Part shown: positions 1 through 9,820 of the stretch, in pieces
How the letters are laid out: every line of letters starts with the position of its first letter
How positions within the stretch are numbered: the stretch's first letter is position 1
Source: Arcobacteraceae bacterium
GTDB lineage: Bacteria; Campylobacterota; Campylobacteria; Campylobacterales; Arcobacteraceae
Direction: 5' to 3'
Length of the DNA stretch: 64,000 nt
Assembly: GCA_965224485.1 (NCBI GenBank)
Contig: CBDCZH010000016.1
Location: forward strand, 224,001-288,000
Translations under genes and position numbers: made by a program
The notes under the pieces: model-generated
Told to the model about the DNA's origin: nothing
Seen by the model: the letters and a program-made list of their open reading frames with translations, nothing else
Databases searched by the model: none

Positions 1-709
1 CTTTTTCTAAGGCTTTTTTTACATCTTTTAAATTCTCTTCAACACTTGGATCTGGATGATGGTTAGGAAATGTACCATCAGGTTTACAATAGATTCCCTC
101 ATAATTAAGCTCTAAGCCATCTAAAATACTTGTAATAACAGTATCAGCAACACCATTTCCACAATCAATTATAAACTTCTTTTTGAAACTTTTTAAATGT
201 GCGAACTCTTTTAGCATATAGTCTATATATAAAGATTTTACATCTATCTCCTTATATCTTGTATCATCTGCTATTAACATATGTTCATTTTTTATAATTT
301 CATCACCCATCTCATATATATCATTGGCAAAAAATGGCTTATTTTCTATTGTAATTTTGAAACCATTATAAGGACTTGGATTATGACTTCCTGTAATCAT
401 TACAGAAGCATTTACGCTCTTATTATCAAACTCTTGATAAGTAGCAAAATAATTAACCCCAGTTGCTACCATACCCATACCTAGAACTTCACAACCAGCT
501 TTATTAAAGCCTGAGCATAAGTATTGAAATAACTCTGGTGAGTGGCTTCTGGCATCATAACCAATTACTATACAAGGATTAGAGTTTTTTGATCTTTTAA
601 TAGTTTCTAAACCTAAGAAATAACCTATTAGTTTTGTGCTTGTTTCATTTAGCTCTTTGTTTATAATGCCTCTTATATCATACTCTCTAAAAATTGATTT
701 ATTAATCAT
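1..709 (-). CDS. Phosphomannomutase/phosphoglucomutase (AlgC-like), 5' part; runs off the window start
   Basis: Not in the ORF track. The minus strand from ATG at 709 reads MINKSIFREYDIRGI...GYDARSHS...TGSHNP..YNGFK...DCGNG, which includes the phosphoserine motif. RBS-like AAGG lies upstream. Confidence 0.9.
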   Translation of the reverse strand, partial: MINKSIFREYDIRGIINKELNETSTKLIGYFLGLETIKRSKNSNPCIVIGYDARSHSPELFQYLCSGFNKAGCEVLGMGMVATGVNYFATYQEFDNKSVNASVMITGSHNPSPYNGFKITIENKPFFANDIYEMGDEIIKNEHMLIADDTRYKEIDVKSLYIDYMLKEFAHLKSFKKKFIIDCGNGVADTVITSILDGLELNYEGIYCKPDGTFPNHHPDPSVEENLKDVKKALEK

Positions 710-802
710 AAACTGCCTTAAATATTTTTAATTTATTATATCAAATACAGTTAAAAAAGTTTATGAGTATGTTACAATTACTCCACATACTAAAGAGGAT
801 AT

Positions 803-1462
803 ATGAAAAAACTTAGATTATTGCTTGTTGAAGATGATGAAATAGCAAGAGAAAATATGTATGAATATTTGGAAGATAGTTTTGAGTTGATTTATGAAGC
901 TAAAGATGGTTTAGAAGCGTATAAACTATATAAACAACATCTTCCTGATATTATAATCTCTGATATACAAATGCCTAAAATATCTGGTTTAGAGTTAGTT
1001 AGTAAAATTAGAAAAGAAGATAAAAAGACACAAATTATAATTACCACTGCTTATTGTTCCCAAGAGTACTTTTTAAAAGCAATTGAATTAGGTCTTGTTA
1101 AGTATTTAATTAAGCCTATAAAAGAGAATGAATTATTAGAAGCTATAAATATTTGTTGCTCAAATCTTGAAAGTACAAATATACTTAATCTAAAAGACAA
1201 CTATTATTTTGATATTTACAATAAGGTATTATTTAAAAATAAAGAAATTATTAAACTAAGAGCAAAAGAGCTTTTACTCTTAGAACTTTTACTTAAAAAT
1301 AAAAATAGATATGTAACTTACAAGGAAATTGAGAATTATGTTTGGTTTTTAGATGTTATGAGTAAAGATGCAATAAAAACCTTAGTAAAGAATTTAAAAA
1401 TAAAACTTCCTTTAGATTCTTTATTGAACCTTTCAAAAACAGGATATAAAATTGATACTTGA
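803..1462 (+). CDS. OmpR-family response regulator
   Basis: Receiver domain (LLVEDD, SDIQMP, YLIKP) plus winged-helix C-terminus (GYKI). Confidence 0.92.
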   Translation: MKKLRLLLVEDDEIARENMYEYLEDSFELIYEAKDGLEAYKLYKQHLPDIIISDIQMPKISGLELVSKIRKEDKKTQIIITTAYCSQEYFLKAIELGLVKYLIKPIKENELLEAINICCSNLESTNILNLKDNYYFDIYNKVLFKNKEIIKLRAKELLLLELLLKNKNRYVTYKEIENYVWFLDVMSKDAIKTLVKNLKIKLPLDSLLNLSKTGYKIDT

Positions 1463-2759
1463 TGCAAATCTAATTCTTGTTTATGGAATTACCTTTGGAA
1501 TAGTTTTAATGACGATAATTTATACCTTTGTTCGTTATCTTTATTCTAAAGATTTTACTTATTTATCATATGCTTTTGTTCAGTTCTTTTCTCTACTTTT
1601 TATAATAACGCATAGTGGGCTTTTTGATATTCCTTTAATATATAAAGATTTTTCTCTTGTTCTTGCTTCTGTTTTTGCTGTTGTTTTTGCTCTTGCTTAT
1701 TCAAAAGGAAAAATTTTTCCTGTTATTAAAAATCAAAAAAGTCTTTTTATTTATACATCTTTATTAATTTTCATAATAGCAACCGCTTTTTATCATTATA
1801 TATTATTTGAATATCTTCCTTATACTATAATTTATTTTTTACTTTTTACTACTTTAGTTTTTAATGTAAAAGAAAATATTTATGCAAAAGCTGTTTATGT
1901 TGTAGGCTGGTCACTTGTTTGTTTGATATTTTACTTCACAAATATAAAATCATTATATATGGCAGAAGGTTTTTTAAATTTGCTTCTTTTGGCTTTTGCA
2001 GTTGAAGCATTATTATTTACAGTTTCAATCTCTTATTCATATAAGTCTTTAGAAAATCAAAATACACAATATGCTGCTATGTTACTTCATCAATCAAAAC
2101 TAGCTAAAACAGGACAGATGATAGGAAATATTACTCACCAGTTTAGACAGCCTTTAAATAATATATCGTATATTTTTATGAATATTAAAAAAGCTTTTAA
2201 TAAGGGTACTTTAGATGAAATATATTTAAATAAGAAATATGAACAAGCCACTTTTCAACTAGATTTTTTAGCAAAAACTATTGAGGATTTTAAGAACTTT
2301 TATGAGCCTAAAAAAATTAAAAGTGATTTTAAATTAAAAGATGCAATTACAACGGCACTTACAATTATAAGCTCTGATTTTAAAAAAGCAGAAGTATCTT
2401 GTATTTTGGATTTTCAAATTTATGAAGAGTTTGAGATTTATGGAATTCAAAATGAACTATCTCAAGTTATTTTGATTATTCTCTCAAATGCTAAAGATGC
2501 TTTAAAAAATATTCAAAATAAAGAAATTATTATTACTGTAGAAGCAATACAATCAGATATTCTTATAAAAATATCTGATAATGCAAATGGCATAAAAGAT
2601 ATAAACTCTTTATTTAAAGCATATTATTCAAGTAAAAAAGATGGTTTTGGAATAGGTTTATATTTGGCAAAAAGTATAATTCAAGAGAGTTTTTTAGGTA
2701 AAATAACAGGAAAGAATCTAAAAAAGGGTGCTTGTTTCACCCTTCTTTTACCTAAGTAG
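1452..2759 (+). CDS. Membrane sensor histidine kinase with multi-TM (7TM-DISM-like) input
   Basis: About 7 hydrophobic segments, H-box HQFRQPL, N box, DNANG, GFGIGLY; overlaps the regulator gene. Confidence 0.88.
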   Translation: MILDANLILVYGITFGIVLMTIIYTFVRYLYSKDFTYLSYAFVQFFSLLFIITHSGLFDIPLIYKDFSLVLASVFAVVFALAYSKGKIFPVIKNQKSLFIYTSLLIFIIATAFYHYILFEYLPYTIIYFLLFTTLVFNVKENIYAKAVYVVGWSLVCLIFYFTNIKSLYMAEGFLNLLLLAFAVEALLFTVSISYSYKSLENQNTQYAAMLLHQSKLAKTGQMIGNITHQFRQPLNNISYIFMNIKKAFNKGTLDEIYLNKKYEQATFQLDFLAKTIEDFKNFYEPKKIKSDFKLKDAITTALTIISSDFKKAEVSCILDFQIYEEFEIYGIQNELSQVILIILSNAKDALKNIQNKEIIITVEAIQSDILIKISDNANGIKDINSLFKAYYSSKKDGFGIGLYLAKSIIQESFLGKITGKNLKKGACFTLLLPK

Positions 2760-4097
2760 AGTACTTTTAGGATAGATAAATGATATAACTTTATTCACTT
2801 TAATAGCTGGATCTTCTTTTGTATATGCTGTAATATCTAATTTAATGGCTGTATCTTTTATTTTAGAGAAAACTAAACCCTTTTTTGCTTCTACAATAAA
2901 TACTGTTCGTCTTCTTTGATTTGCTTTAAGTTTAAGATTTTTAAATCTTTTAATACTAAAGTTCTTGTTTTTTATTTTTATCTGGTATGTATGAGTTTTA
3001 TCTAAACGATTATGAAAACTAAGAATATAATTATTACTTACTATATTGTTTTTTACTTTATATAAGTTTGTTGTTTTATTTACATGCAATAAAAAAGGTT
3101 CTTTCTTTTGTGCTGTAAAAAAAGCAAAAAGCATGGCTATAGAGATAATTATAATATATAATATATTTCTTTTTGAAAATAGTTTAATTTTAATGTTGTT
3201 AAAGGTTGTATTTGGATTATCCCAGATTACTAAACTCTTTTTATTTAGTTTGCCCATAACAGTGGTACAGGCATCAACACATTCAAGACAATTTATACAC
3301 TCAATTTGTAAACCTTTTCGAATATCAATATTAGCAGGACATACTTTTACACAGGCCTCACAAGTAGTACACTCAGAATCTAAAGCGCTAAAGTTTTTAA
3401 AATCTTTTACCTTAAAAATACTTTTTTTACCATTTTCATAAATTATACCACCTCTATTGTGGTTATATAAAGCTTGAGTAGTGTTTTTATCATATAAGGC
3501 TGATTGCATCATTGCATAAGGACACATATAAGTACAAAAATTTTCTTTTAAAAATACAATATCATAAAATAAAAAAGACGTAATCCCTAGAGCAAAAGAG
3601 GATAAAAGCATATGATCTTTTGGATGCAGTAAATATGTAAAAAGATCTTCACTTGCAATAAAATATAATAAAAAGTTAATAGAGATTACAAAACAAATTA
3701 TTAACCATAAAAGTAAAGAAATATATTTTCGTATATACTTACTTATTTTATTATAAACAATATCTTTTTGTTTATTTTTTATTACTCTTAAGTCTAAAAT
3801 TGTTGATTCAATTAAATCTCTATATATAACTCTAAAGATTGTTTGTGGACAGGCCCAACCGCACCAAATTCTTCCTTGGATAGAAGTAAGTGCAAAAATA
3901 AATAAGAATAATGTCATTAATAAAAAAGGCATAATTAAAAGTTCATCCATATTAAAAGAAAGACCAAAAAAATGAAACTGCATTTTATCAAATGACAAGA
4001 GTAATAAATGTTTTTTATTTATTGTAAGAAAAGGCATAATCATGACAACAATACTGATAATAGAATAAGAAATATATCGTTTATATCTATAAGACAT
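2748..4097 (-). CDS. ccoG: Cytochrome c oxidase accessory protein CcoG/FixG (4Fe-4S membrane protein)
   Basis: GRIWCGWACPQT, FCTYMCPY, CTTCEACVKVCP, ECINCLECVDAC motifs and a C-terminal FixG_C-like region. Confidence 0.9.
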   Translation of the reverse strand: MSYRYKRYISYSIISIVVMIMPFLTINKKHLLLLSFDKMQFHFFGLSFNMDELLIMPFLLMTLFLFIFALTSIQGRIWCGWACPQTIFRVIYRDLIESTILDLRVIKNKQKDIVYNKISKYIRKYISLLLWLIICFVISINFLLYFIASEDLFTYLLHPKDHMLLSSFALGITSFLFYDIVFLKENFCTYMCPYAMMQSALYDKNTTQALYNHNRGGIIYENGKKSIFKVKDFKNFSALDSECTTCEACVKVCPANIDIRKGLQIECINCLECVDACTTVMGKLNKKSLVIWDNPNTTFNNIKIKLFSKRNILYIIIISIAMLFAFFTAQKKEPFLLHVNKTTNLYKVKNNIVSNNYILSFHNRLDKTHTYQIKIKNKNFSIKRFKNLKLKANQRRRTVFIVEAKKGLVFSKIKDTAIKLDITAYTKEDPAIKVNKVISFIYPKSTLLR

Positions 4098-4114
4098 AGA
4101 AACTCCTTTTTTTA

Positions 4115-4150
4115 AGTATAAAGAAAAAAGGTGTTCTAAAAGTGGTGCTT
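4115..4150 (-). promoter_or_regulatory. Putative ccoG promoter: -10 TATACT with upstream 11-bp-period repeat
   Basis: agtata at 4115-4120 (minus strand TATACT); GTG cores at 4131 and 4142. Confidence 0.4.
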
Positions 4151-4169
4151 AATTCTTAGTTTTTAAAAG

Positions 4170-4694
4170 CTATCTTTCTAAACTAAGTAAAAAATCTTTA
4201 TTCATAACTCCCCCTGCATAACCACCTAATTTTCCATTTTTTTGAATGACTCTATGACAAGGAATTATTATAGATATCATATTTTTAGCATTTGCATTTG
4301 CAACGGCTCTACAAGCCTTCTCCTTAGACATCAACTTGGCTTCTTCTTGATATGAAATTGTTTTTGAATAAGGAATATTCAGTAAAACTTTCCATACTTC
4401 TTTTTGGAAACTTGTTCCTATTATGTGCAAAGGAATATCAAAAACTTCTCTTTTTTTATTAAAATATTCGTTAAGCTGTATTTTTAATTGATCAAAGAAA
4501 ATATTATGTCCTGGTAAAAACTCAGCATTTAACTCTTTTTTTACCTTAGATATCTGCTCATCTATTTTATTTGAAGTATAAAAACTTAAGATACAAATAC
4601 CTTTTTTACTTGAAGCACAAAGCATATCACCTATAGGTGTAGATATTAGACTTGTTGAAATAACTTGTTTCTTTTGGCTTTTAAATTCTCGCAT
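4170..4694 (-). CDS. ogt: Methylated-DNA--protein-cysteine methyltransferase
   Basis: GTSFQKEVW, RAVANA, IIPCHRV active-site motif. Confidence 0.93.
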   Translation of the reverse strand: MREFKSQKKQVISTSLISTPIGDMLCASSKKGICILSFYTSNKIDEQISKVKKELNAEFLPGHNIFFDQLKIQLNEYFNKKREVFDIPLHIIGTSFQKEVWKVLLNIPYSKTISYQEEAKLMSKEKACRAVANANAKNMISIIIPCHRVIQKNGKLGGYAGGVMNKDFLLSLER

Positions 4695-4774
4695 GAATAA
4701 ATCCTTATACTTTATTCTAGCATAATGTATAAAATTAAATGAATTTATTTATTATTATTATGTTATTATAATAT

Positions 4775-5701
4775 ATGAAAAAATTATTATTACTATTAGT
4801 TTTTGTTGGGTTTTTATTTTCAAATGCGATAATTACTCCTATTGAATTAGAAGCTACTTATAATAAAGAGAAAGCTTTACTTGGAAAAAAACTGTTTTTT
4901 GAGACAAAATTAAGTTCAACTAATAACATTTCATGTTTTTCTTGCCACAATCTATATGAAGGTGGTGATGATAATAGGGAACTTGCTCTTGGAGTAAATG
5001 GTAAAATTGGAAAGGTTAACTCTCCTACACTTTTAAATGTAAAATATAATGTTTATCTATCAGTAGATGGAAGAACAAAAGATTTAAAAAAACAAATTTT
5101 AGACCCAATACATAATAAAGTTGAGATGGCTAGTGATTTTAAAACTATTATTAAAAAGCTTAAAAAAGATATTTATTACAAAAAAACATTTTTAAAAGTT
5201 TATGATGAAGAAATAAATGAGAATAATATTATTGATGCATTAGTCGAGTTTGAAAAAGCTCTAATAACTCCAAACTCAAGTTTTGATAAATATTTAAGAG
5301 GTGATAAAACAGCTCTAAATAATGATGAAAAAGAGGGTTATGCTTTGTTTAAATCTTATGGTTGTATTTCTTGCCATAATGGGGTTAATTTAGGTGCTAA
5401 TCTTTTTCACAAAATTGGAATAATTAAAGAGTTTGACATGGAAGAAGATGAATCTTTAGGTCGCTATAATGTAACAAAAAATATTGAAGATAAATACTTC
5501 TATAAAGTACCAATTCTTAGAAATATTTCTCTTACTGCTCCTTATTTTCATAACGGCAAAGTAAAAACTCTTTTAGAAGCAATAAATATAATGATTGAAT
5601 ATCAAGTAGGTATGAGTGCTAGTATTGATGAAGTAAAAAAAATAGAATCTTTCTTAAAAACTCTAAATGGAGACGTACCTTCTATATTGGATAAAATTTG
5701 A
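4775..5701 (+). CDS. Di-heme cytochrome c peroxidase/MauG-family protein (variant)
   Basis: Signal peptide, CFSCH and CISCH heme motifs, NSPTL, KVPILRNI..TAPYFHNG. Confidence 0.9.
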   Translation: MKKLLLLLVFVGFLFSNAIITPIELEATYNKEKALLGKKLFFETKLSSTNNISCFSCHNLYEGGDDNRELALGVNGKIGKVNSPTLLNVKYNVYLSVDGRTKDLKKQILDPIHNKVEMASDFKTIIKKLKKDIYYKKTFLKVYDEEINENNIIDALVEFEKALITPNSSFDKYLRGDKTALNNDEKEGYALFKSYGCISCHNGVNLGANLFHKIGIIKEFDMEEDESLGRYNVTKNIEDKYFYKVPILRNISLTAPYFHNGKVKTLLEAINIMIEYQVGMSASIDEVKKIESFLKTLNGDVPSILDKI

Positions 5702-7569
5702 AAAAAACTATATTAATTTTTGTCTTTTTTATATCTTTATTAATAACCTTAGTATTGTCTTTAAATAATTCAAACAAAAAAATAGATTCTTTTTTCTTTG
5801 TATATAAAAATACTAGTGAGTTAATTTCTTTAAATAAAAATCTCGAGTTATTTATGAGCACTTCTTTGCATTATAATAATTTTGATTATATACAAAAAGA
5901 TATTACAAGACTCAATGCGGCAACTTTTTCAATACTTAGTAACTCTTTTTTTATACAAATTAATAACAAAAAGATTAAAGATGATTTTTTTATTTTAAAA
6001 AAATCTCTTAATCAAAAGATATTATATGTTGAAAGATTAATTACAAAAAGTGCTGCTTTAAATAACTCTTATCGATACTTACAAAGAATTTTTCAAAAAA
6101 TTGATAATAAGGAACTTACAAATATATATACATATTTAATTACTCTTGAGCATAACCCCTCTTTATTAGATACAAATATGACATATTTAATAAATACTTT
6201 AAAAACAAAAAATGAAAATGAAGTATTATTTATTTCTCATTCTAAACTAATTTTAAAATATCTTAAAGAGTTTGAAATATTAAAAGCTAAATCAAAAAAC
6301 TTGGACTTAGAAAATAAAATATTATCTTTTAAAAAAGTTTTTATAGAGCACTCTTCTAGTATGATTTCTTCAATTAAAGTGCTTATTTGGGTTTTGATGT
6401 TTTTCTTATTTATTGCTTTGATTTTTCTAATTTTTTATATTTATCAAACAACTAAAAGATCTAGTGAATTAAGTGCTTTTAAAAATGCTGTTCAAAATAG
6501 TGATAATATTGTAGTAATTACAAACAAAAATCATGAAATAAAGTTTGTAAATGAAACTTTTGAAAAAGCAACTGGTTATAGCTCAAAAGAAGCCTTAGGA
6601 CAAAAACCTTCTATTTTAAAATCAGGTGTTCATGATGAGATTTTTTATAATGACCTTAAAAGTACTATAGAAGCAGGTAAAAAATGGAGAGGTGAGTTTG
6701 TAAATAAAAATAAGTTTAATGAAGTTACTTATGAAAAAGCCTCAATAACTCCTATTTTTAATGAAAAAGGTGAGATTTACGAGTATATTGCTATTAAACT
6801 TGATATAACAAAAGAGAAACAAGCTAGCAAAGTTTTAAAAGAAAAAGAAGATTTATTAGCAAAACAGTCAAAAATGGTTTCTATGCGAGATATGTTAGAA
6901 TCTATTGCTCATCAGTGGAGACAGCCTTTATCTTCTATTTCAACAGCAGCAAGTGGCTTGAAGCTTAATAAAGAGTTTAAAACTCTTGATGATAAAAATT
7001 TTGATGAACTAACAGATGCTATTTTAAAAAACTCTTCATACTTATCAACTATTTTAGATAATTTTAAAAGTTTTTATAATGCAAAAAATGAAAAAACAGT
7101 TTTTCTTTTATCTCACTGCTTAGGAAGAATGAAGGATTTAATTTCGTATAAATTAAATGAAGAAAAAATTGAGCTTTTTATTACTAATAAAACTGATATT
7201 CAATTAGAAGGTTTAGAAAATGAACTGATGCAGGTTTTACTAAGTATTATAGTAAATTCCCAAGAAGCCTTTATCCGAAAAAAAATTGAAAACAAAAAAA
7301 TATTTATATCAATCTTTAAAGATGATTCAAATGTTTTAATTGAAATAAAAGATAATGCCCAAGGTATTGATGATGATATTATTCCTCATATTTTTGAACC
7401 ATATTTTACAACTAAGCATAAATCACAAGGTACAGGTTTAGGTTTATATATGACATATGAGACTATCAAAAATCATTTTTTAGGAGTTATTTACATAGAT
7501 AATACCCAATATGAATATGAAGATATTGTTTTAAAAGGAGTAAAGGTAACTATTAAAATACCTTTATAA
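5698..7569 (+). CDS. PAS-domain sensor histidine kinase with all-helical (DAHL-like) periplasmic domain
   Basis: Two TM segments flanking about 200 aa, a PAS domain (VNETFEKATGYS...GKKWRGEF), HQWRQPL, FEPYFTTK, GTGLGL. The DAHL assignment is inference. Confidence 0.88.
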   Translation: MKKTILIFVFFISLLITLVLSLNNSNKKIDSFFFVYKNTSELISLNKNLELFMSTSLHYNNFDYIQKDITRLNAATFSILSNSFFIQINNKKIKDDFFILKKSLNQKILYVERLITKSAALNNSYRYLQRIFQKIDNKELTNIYTYLITLEHNPSLLDTNMTYLINTLKTKNENEVLFISHSKLILKYLKEFEILKAKSKNLDLENKILSFKKVFIEHSSSMISSIKVLIWVLMFFLFIALIFLIFYIYQTTKRSSELSAFKNAVQNSDNIVVITNKNHEIKFVNETFEKATGYSSKEALGQKPSILKSGVHDEIFYNDLKSTIEAGKKWRGEFVNKNKFNEVTYEKASITPIFNEKGEIYEYIAIKLDITKEKQASKVLKEKEDLLAKQSKMVSMRDMLESIAHQWRQPLSSISTAASGLKLNKEFKTLDDKNFDELTDAILKNSSYLSTILDNFKSFYNAKNEKTVFLLSHCLGRMKDLISYKLNEEKIELFITNKTDIQLEGLENELMQVLLSIIVNSQEAFIRKKIENKKIFISIFKDDSNVLIEIKDNAQGIDDDIIPHIFEPYFTTKHKSQGTGLGLYMTYETIKNHFLGVIYIDNTQYEYEDIVLKGVKVTIKIPL

Positions 7570-7621
7570 GAGTTAATATTGTCCTTTATTTGTTTGATAC
7601 TAAAACATAAGAGTTTAACTC

Positions 7622-8857
7622 TTATGTTTTAATTTGACCATCTCCATATATTTTATATTTAAATGTTGTTAAATCATTTATTCCCATAGGTCCTCTTGAA
7701 TGAAGTTTATTTGTAGAAATTCCAACTTCAGCTCCTAGGCCAAAAGCAGCACCATCAGTAAATCTTGTACTCGCATTAGCATATACACAAGCCGCATCAA
7801 CTCTGTCTAAGAATAAGTTAACACTAGTGTAGTTTTGACTTAAAATTGCTTCACTGTGTCCTGAGCCATATTTATTTATATGAAAAATAGCCTCATCTAA
7901 ATCTTTTACTACTTTAATATTTAAAATATTTGCTAAATACTCAGTATCATAGTCTTCATGACTTGCACATTGAATATCTATATATTGTCTCGTCTCTTCA
8001 CAACCTTTTAAACTTGTTTTTTCTTTAATAAAAGCTTCATGTAAAGCTGGCAAGATATAAGGAGCTACATCTTTATGTACTAAAAGAGTTTCCATAGCAT
8101 TACAAACACCTGGTCTTTGGCATTTTGCATTTACAGCTATTTCTATTGCTTTTTCATGGTTAGCATCTTTATCAATATATGTATGGCATAAACCCTTATC
8201 ATGTTTTATAACAGGAACACTAGCATTTGCACTTACAAATTTTATTAGGGCTTCTCCACCTCTTGGAATAATTAAATCAACATACTTATCTTGTACAATA
8301 AGTTCAGCCACACCTTCTCTGGTGTCATTTGGTAAAAGGGCAATAGCTTGTTGTGGTAGTTTATTTTTAGCTAATACTGCTCTTAAAACACTTGCAATTG
8401 CTTTATTTGAATGATTTGCTTCTTTTCCACCTTTTAATACACATACATTTCCACTTTTAAAACATAAGGCTGCTGTATCTGAAGTTACATTTGGTCTGCT
8501 TTCATAAATAATACCAATAACTCCAATAGGAATTGAAACTTTTTGAATATTTAAGCCATTTGGAGTTACCCAGCCATCTAATGTTCTTCCTAGGGGTTCT
8601 TTTTGTAAAGCAATATTATCTATGGCTTTTGCCATTGCCATTACTCTTTGCCCTGTTAAAAGAAGTCTATCGACTAAATCATCACTAAGATTGTTTTTTT
8701 TAGCCTCTTTCATATCAAGATCATTCTTGCTTATAATAAAATCACAATGTTCAATTAAAGCTTGTGACATATCTTGTAATACTTTAGTTTTAAGCTCTCC
8801 GCTTAAGCTAGCTATTTCATGGCTGATTTTTTTTGATTCTTCTAAAAATTGTTTCAT
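7622..8857 (-). CDS. proA: Gamma-glutamyl phosphate reductase (glutamate-5-semialdehyde dehydrogenase)
   Basis: GVIGIIYESRPNVT, LKGGKEA, CNAMETLL, NASTRFTDG, GISTNKLHSRGPMG. Confidence 0.97.
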   Translation of the reverse strand: MKQFLEESKKISHEIASLSGELKTKVLQDMSQALIEHCDFIISKNDLDMKEAKKNNLSDDLVDRLLLTGQRVMAMAKAIDNIALQKEPLGRTLDGWVTPNGLNIQKVSIPIGVIGIIYESRPNVTSDTAALCFKSGNVCVLKGGKEANHSNKAIASVLRAVLAKNKLPQQAIALLPNDTREGVAELIVQDKYVDLIIPRGGEALIKFVSANASVPVIKHDKGLCHTYIDKDANHEKAIEIAVNAKCQRPGVCNAMETLLVHKDVAPYILPALHEAFIKEKTSLKGCEETRQYIDIQCASHEDYDTEYLANILNIKVVKDLDEAIFHINKYGSGHSEAILSQNYTSVNLFLDRVDAACVYANASTRFTDGAAFGLGAEVGISTNKLHSRGPMGINDLTTFKYKIYGDGQIKT

Positions 8858-8968
8858 GTTATATCCTATGTTTTACATATTTTATATAAGTAATATAATC
8901 TTATCTAAAAAATCTTTTTAGATATTTAAAATGAGTAGGTAAGAGAGGGTTAAAGTTAAGAGTAAGTA

Positions 8969-8995
8969 TAAATAGCAGAATAAATCTGCTATTTA
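8969..8995 (-). terminator. Probable intrinsic terminator after trxA
   Basis: 11-bp inverted repeat taaatagcaga/tctgctattta. Confidence 0.6.
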
Positions 8996-9000
8996 AAATA

Positions 9001-9318
9001 TTATAATAAAGAGTTAATTTTCTCAGTTAGTACTTGTTTAGAGTTTGCTCCAACTAAAGTATCAACAACTTCTCCATTTTTCATAAATAGCATTGTAGGA
9101 ATTGATCTTACTCCATATTTTACTGCTAAATCTTGTTGTTCATCACTATTTACTTTACAAATCTTTGCTTTTCCGTCAAAATCTACTGCTAATTCATCAA
9201 TAACAGGTGCAATCATTCTACAAGGTCCACACCAAGGTGCCCAGAAGTCTACTAAAGATACCCCTTCTTTTACTGTTGCATCAAAATTTTCATTTGTTAA
9301 TTCAATATATTTACTCAT
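9001..9318 (-). CDS. trxA: Thioredoxin
   Basis: DFWAPWCGPCRM, RSIPT. Confidence 0.97.
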   Translation of the reverse strand: MSKYIELTNENFDATVKEGVSLVDFWAPWCGPCRMIAPVIDELAVDFDGKAKICKVNSDEQQDLAVKYGVRSIPTMLFMKNGEVVDTLVGANSKQVLTEKINSLL

Positions 9319-9444
9319 TTAAATTCCTTTTAATTTTTTATGTTGAATAATATCAGTTAAAGTACTAATTGTCAAGTACATACCAAAGTGTTATATAGGT
9401 ACCTTTAAGTAACCATATGATAAAATTTTCTAAATGAGGTGATT

Positions 9445-9798
9445 ATGGATAAAAAAAATTACAACTGTTTTTTTCAATTAGCAACAGATATTATTGGTGG
9501 CAAATGGAAAGGTATGGTTTTATGGGCACTTAAAAATGGAGTTTTAAGAAATGGGGAACTAAAAAAATTAATTCCTGCAATAAGTCAAAAAATGTTAACA
9601 CAACAATTAAGAGAATTAGAAGAAATTGGTGTTGTAAATAGAGTTGTTTATCCAGTTATTCCACCTAAAGTTGAGTACAACTTAAGCCCTATTGGAGAAA
9701 AACTAATTCCAATCTTAGAAGATTTACATGATTGGGGCAAAGAATATGCAATAGATAAAGAAATAGATTTAGAATTAAACTCTAATTGTTTGGTTTAA
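9445..9798 (+). CDS. HxlR-family winged-helix transcriptional regulator
   Basis: N-terminal Cys, IGGKWK, ISQKMLTQQLRELE, PPKVEY; ATG at 9445 follows GAGG. Confidence 0.92.
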   Translation: MDKKNYNCFFQLATDIIGGKWKGMVLWALKNGVLRNGELKKLIPAISQKMLTQQLRELEEIGVVNRVVYPVIPPKVEYNLSPIGEKLIPILEDLHDWGKEYAIDKEIDLELNSNCLV

Positions 9799-9800
9799 TA

Positions 9801-9820
9801 TAAACAGAAAAATCTGTTTA
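9801..9820. terminator. Hairpin between convergent hxlR and acuI
   Basis: taaacaga/tctgttta inverted repeat. Confidence 0.45.

Noticed and set aside
281..484. 67-aa plus-strand ORF
   Set aside because: Antisense to the phosphomannomutase gene, which has clear motifs
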